A DNA stretch of 64,000 nt, taken from the NCBI GenBank assembly GCA_035221665.1, contig CM069148.1, forward strand, positions 10,540,001 through 10,604,000. Direction: 5' to 3'. The DNA comes from Okamejei kenojei. Its lineage: Eukaryota. The translations under genes were made by a program, and so were the position numbers. Positions 27,120-38,089 of the stretch are shown one piece after another. Position 1 is the first letter of the stretch. Each line of letters starts with the position of its first letter. The notes below the pieces were generated by a model. The model was not told the origin of the DNA, did not search any database, and saw only the letters and a list, made by a program, of their open reading frames with translations.

Positions 27120-28667
27120 TTAAAAACAGCAATGAATTTTCACCAGACATTGCTAAGCAAGCTGCAGAAATGCCAGGGCAGGCGACTGATAATGGGGCCA
27201 TTTTGGTGAATGAAAAAGAGTGCATCAGTCTATCGATTGTGGACGGTAATATTGAAGGGCCCAAAGTCATTCAAGAAGGTAAAACAGGAAGCATTTTCAA
27301 TGAAACGGAATGTGCAAGTACAGAACTCGAGTCGCAGTACAGTTCTATCTGTTTGGCAGAGGTCCCAGTGGAAGGAGGAAAGATGCTCTCAGACAGTGCT
27401 GATGCATTGGGTGTCTGCAGTGCAGATGTGGGTCAGCAGACAGACTCCATCGCACATAAATTCGATGGAGGCAAAAATGATACAAATGATAAGACTGAAA
27501 CCACACAGTGTGACAAAGGTGTCTTTATAAATGAACCACCCAGGACTGAAGCCAGAGCAGCTTTTAGCAGTGATGAGATTTTGACAAAGGAAGTCAGTGC
27601 AAATGAAATAAGATTAGATATAAACCAAGCTCAGCACCATACTGTTTCTGATTTTGACTCTCAATCAGTAATTAAAAATGAGCAGAGCACCATTTTACAG
27701 CAGCAGCAGCAAGGATGCCACAGCCAAGCAATCATTATTATGGAAGAAAACTGTGTTAACAATGATACAATCAGACTTTCCCCATTGCTTAATCCTTGCA
27801 GTAAGTCGGAGGGCAGTTTCACAAAGTTACCCACTGACCAGCCCGATCAAAGCATTCCATCTGAAAACTGTAAAGATAACACTAATGTTGAACCTGACAG
27901 TAAAATAGACATTTCAAGTGGAATTTCTAGCGACAAAGGGGCAGATATTACCAAGGAAGTTGGTAGTAATTCAGAGAACAATTTTGCTAATGCCAACGGT
28001 CAGCAGACAGAAACAAATGATACGGAAGTTCTTATTTCTGACAGAAAAACAGCTGGATGTGTGGATATAATTGAGCCTGTTGCTGGAGCCTTGAGAAATC
28101 TTGAATATCTACAAGGCAATGTGGCCCAAAAGAAAGACTGTGTGAACGATAACCACTCATTAAACTCCACACGCAATATTGATCATGGTGTGGTTGTAAC
28201 CCCAAACTCCCAGGTTATGGAGGAAGTTCACAACAGTGCAACTGTTTCTGCAGTCACAGTGGAAAGTGGGCAAGGAGCAATTAGTAAAATAGGTTTATGC
28301 ACTGAAATACGAGAAGTGGGAGTCTACTCCAAGACAACAGAAAATGAATTGAAATCCATCTTTATAAATACTGCATTCAATCCAATTACAACCAGGAGTG
28401 AAGATCACAGACATGAAACTACAACTTCTGAGGTAGATGCTGCAAGCAGCAAAACAACAGCAAGTCACTATTACTGGAAATCTCATAGTCTGCCATCTCT
28501 GGCCTCCAGCAAAGGAAAGGATGTATCGAACAAAGCCACAATGTCACTCCCATTCTCATTGCACAGAGACAAATTGGAGGCTCCTGCCACAATCAGAAAG
28601 GCCCCTTTAATATTCACTTTTGCAAAATCCATCAGTGAAATGAATCTGACAAAGCCAAGTGTAGCAG
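27120..28667 (+). CDS. CCDC73: CCDC73 large coding exon (low-complexity, likely disordered region)
   Basis: taacag|TT...GCAG|gtaatg, 1548 bp, phase 1-1, inside ORF 27044..28729. Human CCDC73 also has one very large exon at this position. Confidence 0.88.
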
Positions 28668-29080
28668 GTAATGTTTGCTTTCTTTTTTTATGTGATCCTA
28701 ACATAGCAAATGGATGGAGTAGCAGTTAGAATTTAAACTGTTATGTAATGTACCCTTGAGAGATGCATCAGTCAATTCTAATGTAATTGGAAGTAGTGGT
28801 CTACTTAATATGTGGCAAGGCTTAATTTCTTAATTACTGAACCATCTAACCTCAAGCAATGTTATTTTATAATGTATTATTTTCCCATAATGAGCTATAC
28901 ATCATCACTGACTCTGATTAGTAAAGGAAAGTTATCTAATGGTAAGTGGTTGTGTGGGTTCATCATAATGGCAGCAGCATTGAAGGTTCTATTATTTGCT
29001 CTGACATTAAGAAAAGGGATGCGATAAAAATGTTTATACCTAGCCACATTATATTTGATATGTGTAAGTGACTGCAAATT

Positions 29081-29360
29081 GGGCGGCACAGAGGTGGGGC
29101 TAGATGAGCTCCTGTCTCACATACATGGGTTCAATCCTGACTCGAGTGCTGTCTGTGTGGAGTTTATACGTTCCCCTGTGATCATGTGAGTTTCCTCCAG
29201 TATCCTCCCACAACACAAAGACATGCAGGTTTGTTGGTTAATTGGCCTCTGTAAATTGTCCCTAGTGTATGGGGAGTGAATACGTAAGTGAGGTAATATA
29301 AAACTAGTGTGAAAGGGTGATCATTAGTTGGCGTAGACTTGGTGGGCCAAATGTCCATGT
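29081..29360 (+). mobile_element. HE1-type V-SINE
   Basis: GGGCGGCACAG head, GGGTTCAATCC B-box-like motif, V-domain, and CR1-like tail. Confidence 0.8.
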
Positions 29361-29740
29361 ATTTTTCAATCTATCAAGCAGTGTACTATTTGAGATTTTG
29401 TTTTTGACATGAGGGTATCTGCTTGGTAACAGTCCAGACGTCAGTTACATATAGTGTAGATTTTTCAGCTTGCTTGCTGGTGGCAGATTGTACAACACTG
29501 GATTCTAACAATGCTGTACACCACTATTCACTGTTTACTGACATTGCTGATTAAGATGAGGAAGTTTGACACTTTGTGTCTACCCTTTTATGAAAATTCA
29601 TACTCAGTTGGTTCACCAATGCAACCTCTTGGCCACATGTGACCAGTCCAGCTCTACAGGTGATTCTTAACCCCCTCAGAGCTTTTGCAGGTTGACAATA
29701 AGTGGTGCCGCCACACCCTAGAATAGATAAATATAACAAG

Positions 29741-30575
29741 GATCAGATCAGATCAGATCAGATAGAATTTATTGTCATTCAAACATTAAAGTTCAAATGA
29801 AATTACGTTCATGCAGTCATAACAACAAAAACCAAAACACACAATGAACACAATTCCACACAAACATCCATCACAGTGAATCTCCAAACACCTCCTCACT
29901 GTGATGGAAGGCAAAGGTCTTATCTCTTCCCTGTTCTCTGCTATTTATTCTTCTTCTCCCGCAGTCAAGCAGTCAAACTGCTGCATCAAGCTGATCGAGG
30001 CTTTTGATGTTAGAGCTTCCGGCGGGCGATGGTAAGTTCCGTGGCTGTTAAAGCCGCACTGGGCAATGTAAATCCCTGCTCCGGGGCAATTTAAATCCCT
30101 CGATTCGGGCGGGAGAAGTTGCCGTTGCGGGAGCTCCGAAAAGAGGTCTCCCACCAGGGACCTGCAAGCTCCCGATGTTACCGTCCACCGGGCCTGCAGC
30201 CAGAGCCTGCGAAGCTCCGAAGTCGGGTCACAGCCGTGCGCCATCACAGCGCTCCATGCTCCGAAGTCGACCAGCTCCGAAACTGGAGCTCTGCAACTGG
30301 AACTGGCTCTGCAACTGGAGTCCCAGGTCGATTCCGGTTGGAGCCGCCGGCTCCACGATGTTAGGCCCAACGACACTGGAGACTCGACAGGGAAAAGGTC
30401 AAGTCCCTGTACAGGGAAGAGATTAAAATGTTTCCCCCATTCCCCCCCTCCCCCCACATATACACAGCTAAAAATGAAATAAAACAAAACCAAAAAACAT
30501 AGACCTAACAGGACAAAAAGAAAGAAAAAACAGACGGACTGCAGTGGCCGCTGTCGCAAGGCGCCGCCATTTTAT
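29741..30575 (-). mobile_element. GC-rich non-autonomous retroelement (copy A) with (TGATC)n tail
   Basis: The - strand starts AAAATGGCGGCGCC, then a T-rich tract, CpG-rich body, conserved hairpin, AATAAA and microsatellite tail. Architecture shared with copies at 47830 and 59526. Confidence 0.7.
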
Positions 30576-31332
30576 GTGGCTAGGATCTACTTTATTCAGT
30601 AATGCCCAGGATCAATGACACTTAAAGCACACTCCATTCGGAGGATGTCAATGTTAATGCAACATAAGTCCCAGATATAACTACAACTTTCTAAAAATTA
30701 TATATTCTGTTTGAAACAACTCATCTAAGAAGGAGGAAATGCAATTTCATAGTTCTATGTCTTATCATCACTTAAAAATAATCTGTAAAGTTAATTGTGA
30801 TAACACAAAGAAGCAGGTAGCCACAGATTTAGAGGAGTCCCCCAACAACATTAATAGCCTTTGGTATTTGTTCAGCAAAAGTAGTCTCATCCAGTCTGTG
30901 CAGAGGTCTCCCTAGTGGAACATAGAACAGTACAGCACAAAAACAATCCCTTTCAGCCCACAATGTCTGTGCCGAACATAATATTAAAACCCATCTCTAT
31001 TCTACCTGCGTATAATCCATATCCTATGCAAAAGCTTCTTAAATTCCACTATCGTATCTGCCTCAACCACCAACTCTTTTTTTTAAATTTCAAAATAGAC
31101 TTTATTCAAATGATAAATATATACAATACATGAACCTTGCGGAAAATCCATCCGACATTTTCGGAGGCTATACAAATTGATCAATACAGTTTATACATTT
31201 ATTTTCCCCAAATTTCACAAATGTGTCCCCCACCCGTGCCACCCATGTGGCCCATTGGCATGGGATACCTTCCCTTATTTTGAGGGGCGTCTCCACCATA
31301 CCGTGCTCCCCATGTCCAGCAGCGGAAGGGCC

Positions 31333-34300
31333 CTAGACTGTGGTCCTCCCCCACCGAGCCTTGGCGTTGGCTGCACCGAGCTACAGTGCGTCCCTCAGCA
31401 TGTACTCCTGCAGTCTGCAGCGGGCCAGTCGGCAACATTCCCTGACGGACATCTCGCTCTGCTGGGTGGTGAACATCGCTCGGGCAGACCAAAGAGCATC
31501 TTTCACCAAGTTGATGACCCTCCAGCAGCACTCGATGTCTGTCTCTGAATGTGTCCCTGGGAACAGTCCGTAAATCACAGAGTCCTCTATGACGGAGCTG
31601 TTCGGGATAAAGTGTACCAGGGACCCTTGCATTTTTCTCCAGACTCTTTTAACAAATCCACACTCTGCAAAGAGGTGGGAAACCTGTCTCCTCTCCATAG
31701 CAGCCGTCCCGAGGGCAGCGTGCGCTGGCAGTGAGGTTCCGACGGTGCAGGAAGGATCTGACTGGGAGGGCTCCCCTCACCGCCAGCCAAGCCAGGTCTT
31801 GGTGCTTGTTGGTGAGTTCTGGCGATGAGGCATTTTGCCAGACAAGCTGGGCAGTCTGCTCAGGGAACCACGCCACCGGGTCCATCGAGTCCTTTCCCTG
31901 CAGTGCCTGCAGCACATTCTGTGCTGACCACTGCCCAATGGACGTGTGATCAAAGGTGTTGGTCCGGAAGAACCTTTCCACAGTCGACAAATGAGGCGGC
32001 AATGTCCAGCTGACTGGCACATTGCGTGGCATCTGCGCCAGGCCCATCGCAACACCGGGGGCAGGTAGAACCTCAGCAGGTAGTGACACTTGGTGCCCAC
32101 GTGCCTTGGCTCTACATTCCGCCTGATGCAGCCACACACAAAGGTGGCCATCAGAATGAGGGCGACGTTGGGCACGCTTTTATCCCCGTTGTCTGCTGAC
32201 TTGTACATTGTGGCCCTTCGCACCTGGTCTATCGTCAATCCCCAGATTAACTGGAAGACGGCCCGGGTGATCGCTGTGGCGTAGGAGGGAGGAACAGACC
32301 ACACTTGTGCCAAGTACAGCAGCCCCGAGAGCACCTCACACCTGATGACCAAATTATTTCCCGTCTTGGAGAGGGAGCGTTGCCTCCACAGCTCCAGCTT
32401 CCTCCCCACCCTGGCTATCCGCTCCAGCCAATTCTTGTTATACGCCTCAGCCCCCCCGAACCAGATCCCCAGCACCTTAAAGAAGTCAGGCTTGATGGTG
32501 AAGGGGACAGAAGATCTGTCGGGCCAGTTGCCAAAGAGCATGGCCTCGCTCTTCCTGCGGTTCAACCTGGCTCCCGTGGCCGACTCAATCTGGTCGCAGA
32601 TACTAATCAGTCTGCGGACCGACCCTGGATCCGAGCAGAAGACAGCGACATCGTCCATGTACAGGGAGGTTTTTACTTGAATGCCCCTACTGCCAGGCAA
32701 TGTCATTCCACTTATGCTCGCATCCTTCCTGATGGATTCGGCAAAGGGTTCAATACAGCAGACAAACAAGACAGGAGAGAGAGGGCAACCCTGCCTGACT
32801 CCAGACCTTACAGGGAAACTGCCTGATTCCCACCCATTGATTTGGACTGCACTACGGATGTTGGTGAAGAGCAGTTTGATCCAATTCCTGATTCCCTCCC
32901 CAAAACCCATTTTGGAGAGCACGTCCCTCATGTATGTGTGCAAAATCCTGTTGAAGGCCTTCTCCTGGTCCAAGCTGACTAGGCAGGCATCCATCCGTCT
33001 GTCCTACACATAGGCGATGGTATCTCTCAGCAGCGCTAGGCTGTCTGAGATTTTCCTGCCAGGTACAGCACAGGTTTGGTCCGGGTGGATCACTTGTCCC
33101 AGAGCAGACTTGACCCGGTTGGTGATGGCCTTAGACAGGATCTGGTAGTCTACATTCAAGAGTGTTATGGGTCTCCAATTCTTTATGTCCTTCATCTCCC
33201 CCTTCTGCTTGTAGATTAGGGTGATGTTGCCCTTCCTCATGGAGTCTGACATCCTGCCAGCTCGAAGCATGTCATTGTACACTTCTAGCAGGTCCGGGCC
33301 CATCCAGTCCCACAGAGCCGAATATAACTCAGCCGGTAAGCCATTGCTTCCGGGAGTTTTACTCGAGTCAAAGGAACGGATGGAGCCAGTCAGCTCCTCT
33401 AGGATCAGTGGTTGGTCCAGAGTCTCCCGCTTGTTGTCCTCCAAGACCTCCGTGATCGAGGACAGGAAGTTCTGGGAGGAGGTACTGTCTGTGGCCTTTT
33501 GGTCATACAAATCTGTGTAAAAGGATTTGCAGATCCTCAGCATGTCTGTCTGTGAGGATGCTACCGAGCTGTCCTCCTCCCTAAGGCTGTTCATCACAGA
33601 GCTCCCCCTGTGAACCTTATGGAAGAAGAAACGTGAGCACGTCTCATCCTGCTCCACATGGCGGACCCTGGATCAGAAAATGATCTTGGAGGATTCCGAG
33701 GTAAAGAGCCGAGCTTGCCGGTCCTTCACCTCTCTAAGTTCCTCCCTCACATCCACCCCTCTCGACTGCAGAAGGAGCAGTTGTTGCAAATCTGTCTGGA
33801 GTTGGCACAATTCCCTCTGACTCTGTCTTGCTCTCTGAACCCCTTTAATTATGAAGAACCTCTTAATGTTCTTGGTTGCTTCCCACCAGAGTGTCAGGGA
33901 GTCAAAGAGGGGCCTCACCGTTCACCAACATGCGTAGTCCCTCTTTAGCTCCTCAACGTTCTCTGGGGTCAACAGCTTCATGTTTAACTTCCACGTCCCT
34001 CTGCCTGCCTTCCGGTCCTCCTGTAGGTGACAGGAAGCCTGAAGGAGGCAGTGGTCGGAGAAGAACACCGGCGTGACGTCAGTGTGTCTCACCGTGACGG
34101 CCTTCGTCGTGAAGACGAAGTCTATCCGAGATCGGGCTAAACCGTCCGATCTCGACCAGGTGAACCGCGGCTGGGACCCGCCTGCAGGGTCGCTGAAGGC
34201 GTCGCGCAGCTTTGCGTCTTTTACCATCTCCATCAGGAACTTGGACGTGCTGTCCAGTCTGTTGTCGGCACTGCCGGATCGTCCAGCCGCATCAATGATG

Positions 34301-34734
34301 CAGTTGAAGTCACCGGCCAGAATGAGCTGCCGGGACGTGGCCAGCAGCACTGGAAGCTGCTGGAGAACGGCCAGCCGCTCGCTCTGCGTGGGTGAGGCAT
34401 ACACATTTATCAGCCGGAGCGGAGAGCCACGGTACATAACATCCACCACGAGGAGACGCCCTCCAACCACTTCCCTGACCTCAGTGATGGCGAAGTTCCC
34501 TCCCCGCAGCAAGATCCCCAGGCCGGAAGCATGACAGTCATTGCCCCCCGACCACACCGACAGTCCGTGGGGCCACCATCGCGACCACCTCCGGTAGCAG
34601 CGGAGGTGTGGCAACCAGCACTCCTGAAGAAAGGTTACATCTGCCTTGACCTTGGCCAGGTACTGTAAGGCATTTACACATCGCGCAGTGCTCTTTATAC
34701 TGCGCACGTTTAAAGATGCCAGTTTGAGCTCCAT
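31333..34734 (-). pseudogene. Tx1 ORF2: APE endonuclease + reverse transcriptase + C-terminal zinc-finger region, with frameshifts and stops
   Basis: APE motifs SLNVRS, FLQE, INVYAS, AGDFN, SRIDF, FSDH. RT motifs WRPITLLNVDY, LDQEKAF, GVRQGCPLSP, LYMDD. C-terminal CPR..C...HLFAEC. Confidence 0.95.
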
Positions 34735-34745
34735 TGTCTTTAGAG

Positions 34746-36304
34746 TCACTGAGCATTTCCGTGTCCCCTCATTCCCACCGCTTCGGTGAATTGCCTCAGC
34801 TTTCCTGGGCTCAGGAATCCAGCGCCGGCATCCTCGATGAGGTAGGTTTCAGGTGGCGTAACCAAAGGTGTCGTTGGGGGGGGCCTTCTTGTTCCACCCC
34901 CTTTTGGCCGCGCCGCTTCCTCCGTCTCCTGTAGCTGGGTCACGGTGGCTGGTTCACTGCTCCCAGAAACCCGGAGCTGGGGCCCAATGGCCTCGGCGCT
35001 GCTCCTGGTCGCCCGGAGCTGGGGCCCATTGGCCGTTGCAATGCTCCCGGTCGCCCGGAGCTGGGGCCCATTGGCCGCTGTGATGATCCCAGTCTCCAGG
35101 GGCTGGAGCCCATTGGCCGCTGTGATGATCCCAGTCTCCAGGGGCTGGAGCCGCTCGACTGCTGCACTGTTCCCGATGTCCTGGGGCTGGAGCCCCTCAG
35201 CCGCTTCTCTGCTCTCGGTCTCCTGGGGCTGGGAGATGATCGTCGTGGCCTCTCTCTTTTCCTACCCCGTTTTCTTCCTCTGCCTCCATCGTTGGGACTT
35301 CCCGGTCACCTCATCCTCCGACGAGGAGAGGTTGCTGCCTTCTGCAAGAGAAAGAGACCTTTTTTGGGGGTTTACTTTTGGACTTACCAGTCCTTTCCGG
35401 CCTCGGCTCTTTGGGCTGACCCCTCTGGTGCTTCTTGTACTTCACCGTTGTCCATTTCTCCTGCTGTTCCCCCTCTTCCATTGACTCTCCCTCCTGGGCA
35501 GGATGCTGGGGTCTCCTTCTGGCACTTGGGGCCTCAAGGTGGTTGGGGTGTCCTCATCCGTGTTCCCTCTTTCTGCTGGGGTCTTGGCAGTGGTGGGGGG
35601 TGTTGGGGGTGCTGGCAGCAGCCCCTCTTGTCGCCTGTGCGTAGGTGCAGGCCCTGTAAAGGTGGCCTGCCTCTCCGCACAGGTTGCAGTTCTTGCTGGC
35701 CTGACAGTCCTTTGTCTCATGGCCCTCCGTCTTGCAGTTTTTGCAGACAACTGCAGTGCATTGGGCCATCACGTGCCCAGGCTTGTTGCATTTCATGCAC
35801 AGCCTGGGTTGCCCCACGTAGCTCAGGTATCCTCGGTTTCCCCCGATCGCGAAAACCGAGGGAGGGTGGATGATTTCTCCATCCTTGTCCACCCTCAGCT
35901 TTACCTTGACTTGCCGCTTGCTCGTCCAAATCCCATGCAGGTCCTTCACGTCCACACAGTTCCCTGTTCCCTCGACGTAGCGAGCAAGGAAGGTGAGGTC
36001 ATCCACTACGGGCACATGTGGGTTCAGCAGCGACAGCGGAGCTTCATTCCCCCTCTCCCGGACGTCTTCCATCACCTTCTGCCATCGATGTTACCGTCGG
36101 ATACTTGAAGGTAACATCAAACTATCCGTTACCCGGGAACTCCTGGAGGCAGTAGATGTCCTTGACCACAAATTTTCAGGCCTCTAGCAAGACCTTCTTC
36201 ACGAACAGGTCTCGTGAGAAGGGGGTCCCCTTGCTGAGGTCCTTGACGCTTATTCTCAGGGTATTCCGAATACCCTATACTCCTGCTCCTGTTGCTGCTG
36301 ACAT
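34746..36304 (-). pseudogene. Tx1 ORF1: ZCCHC3-like RRM + three CCHC zinc knuckles, disrupted
   Basis: gccacaATG at 36304. IRNTLRI...DIYCLQEFPG..FDVTF, then CMKCNKPGHVMAQC, CKNCKTEGHETKDC, CNLCGEAGHLYRAC. Stop at 34746-48, 11 nt before the ORF2 ATG. Contains in-frame stops and frameshifts. Confidence 0.9.
34970..35232. repeat. 42-bp (14-codon) degenerate tandem repeat inside Tx1 ORF1
   Basis: ~6 units, e.g. CCCGGAGCTGGGGCCCATTGGCCGTTGCAATGCTCCCGGTCG. Visible as a 14-aa periodicity in the ORF track. Confidence 0.88.
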
Positions 36305-36468
36305 TGTGGCTGAATAAGGTGTTAGGTTGGTTACCAGCATGGATCCACCTCTAAGGCTGCAGCCGACCGACTCCTTGTCAACGATTTTGCTCCGCAATCC
36401 ACGCCCTTGTCCCCAAGGGACCGCCAGACTTGTTATAATAAGAACAGATAGCCTCTTTTACTCAAATA

Positions 36469-36518
36469 CTCATCCTGGTGAGAACCGCCTTGGTGATCAA
36501 AGTCTGCCAGGTAAGTAT
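36469..36518 (-). other. U1 snRNA-derived 5' head of the Tx1 element
   Basis: The - strand reads ATACTTACCTGGCAG-actt-TGATCACCAAGGCGGTTCTCACCAGGATGAG. Vertebrate U1 reads ATACTTACCTGGCAG-GGGAGATACCA-TGATCACGAAGGTGGTTTTCCCAGGGCGAG. The first 15 nt are identical and start at U1 +1. Confidence 0.88.
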
Positions 36519-37955
36519 ATGACCACCTCAACCACCAACACTGGCAGGGTGATCTAGGCATACAGCAGGCTTTGTGTAAAATAAAACCTGCTCCACACAT
36601 CTCCTTTAATCTTTGCCCCTGTCACCTTAAAGCTATATGCAATAATAATTTGATTTTTCCACCCTGAGGTTCTTACCTGATCACCTGGCCTAGCCTATTC
36701 TATCACCTGGAGTGTCACCTGGTCTGTTCTGCCCTCCTCACTAAAACGCAAAATTATGGCATTGTCTAAAGAGAGGCCCCACCCCGATATGTTGCCTATC
36801 AATTCCCTCCACGGATGCTGCCTGGTCCATTGAGTTACTCCAGCACCTTGTGTTTTGCTGAAGATTCCAACATCTGCAGTACCTTGTATCCACTCTCCAG
36901 CCTATTCATTGTTCCTTTTCTCTTTCAACTTTTTTTACAGTGGTTAGTCAGCTTCAGTGTTGATTCATAACTTATACCAGATCTTACCACACTCTTTTTG
37001 AAGTTTTTCCTTCTAACTTCCGCTTGAATTACATATGAATTGTCTATCTATTTCTTCACTCTGCTTTCAGAAGGCAGGAACGGGGTACTGAATGTGGATG
37101 ATCAGCCATCATCACAGTGAATGGCGGTGCTGACTTGAAGGGCCGAATGGCCTACTCTTGCACCTATTGTCTATTGAATCTTGACTGTCATGAGCAATAC
37201 TAAGGAAAATTGTGTGTGTGTGGGTGTGTTAGTGGGTACACCCTCATACCAGTGAGCAAAACTCAGTTAAAATTGGTATAACTTATCGTGTTGCCTGCAT
37301 CTTCGGAATCGAAGCTACCTTGCTCCCACCTATCCACTATTCTCTTCTATATCTTTTATGTTGAAGCCATCAGCCAACTTTAGGAACATGTATGTCTCCT
37401 CTACTGGCTCCCTCCCAAAGTCTGAAATGTATTGGTCATACGGGGCTTTCTATCACTAAACTTATCAAAAGTGATTTACTATCTCACATATTCAACTTAC
37501 CAGACCCAATATGACTCAATCCAGACACAGACATGAACTTTACAACGTGTATTTCTTGTTATTCCTGATAGGAAATCAAGTCAACAGAAGAAATAACAGA
37601 ATTTGCACATTTGAGGCCTAATAAAGTGGAGTTCCTGGCAAATTAATATTTGTTCTTCACTAGTAATTAACCACTAGTTAAACAGTATGTTATTTGTCAA
37701 GGGGAGATACATTTTAAATAAATATTTCAAATTATTTTTGCGTACTCTGTCAGTATAAGATCAAAGCTTGCATTAGAATAGGAAATTGTATCGTGAATGG
37801 ATGAACAGTGAAGCGTCTCTGATTAAAGTGGAATAGTCATAATTCTCAAGGTCAGATAGAAACTAGCAGTTCAGTGACTTCAAAATTAGCATCTGGGGAA
37901 TTTCAAAGTTTAGAGCATTGAGTGTAGTTGTAACCATTTCCTTTCTGTCACTCAG

Positions 37956-38089
37956 ATTCTCCCAGTACTAAAAGGGTGAATGACACTTTTAATACCTCCA
38001 GTGTTCCTCTTTACCCCAAGAGAATTTCCAAAGAAGATTGGAATGCAATAACACAGACGTTTTGTGATTTTTCACGGCCTCCAGAGCAG
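37956..38089 (+). CDS. CCDC73: CCDC73 penultimate coding exon
   Basis: ctcag|AT...CAG|gtaagt, 134 bp, phase 1-0. DSPSTKRVNDTFNTSSVPLYPKRISKEDWNAITQTFCDFSRPPEQ vs human [45 protein letters not shown]. Confidence 0.92.

Larger units (their letters stand above)
31075..36525 (-). mobile_element. Near full-length Tx1-clade (L1 group) non-LTR retrotransposon, inactivated
   Basis: 14-bp TSD CCTCAACCACCAAC (31061-74, 36526-39). AATAAA (31101-06) and a short poly(A) at the 3' end. Two ORFs in L1/Tx1 arrangement. Confidence 0.95.
30917..36670 (-). mobile_element. CR1-like LINE 3' fragment split by the Tx1 insertion (30917-31074 and 36526-~36670)
   Basis: The two flanks join across the TSD into a continuous CR1 3' end similar to 12718-13118 and 8660-8950. 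Confidence 0.75.

Noticed and set aside
27044-28729. 561-aa ORF as a standalone novel gene
   Set aside because: It is bounded by phase-compatible splice sites (27120..28667) and sits between clear CCDC73 exons. The ORF ends are intronic read-through.
29081-29150. tRNA gene
   Set aside because: Degenerate tRNA-derived SINE head with no cloverleaf.
36469-36518. Functional U1 snRNA gene
   Set aside because: Only ~50 nt. It lacks stem-loops II-IV and the Sm site, and lies inside a TSD-bounded LINE.
36541-36549. CTGGCAGGG in the flank resembling U1 nt 9-17
   Set aside because: It is on the opposite strand from the head, and CTGGCAG is part of the ordinary CR1 3' sequence (also near 8808), so it is probably coincidental.
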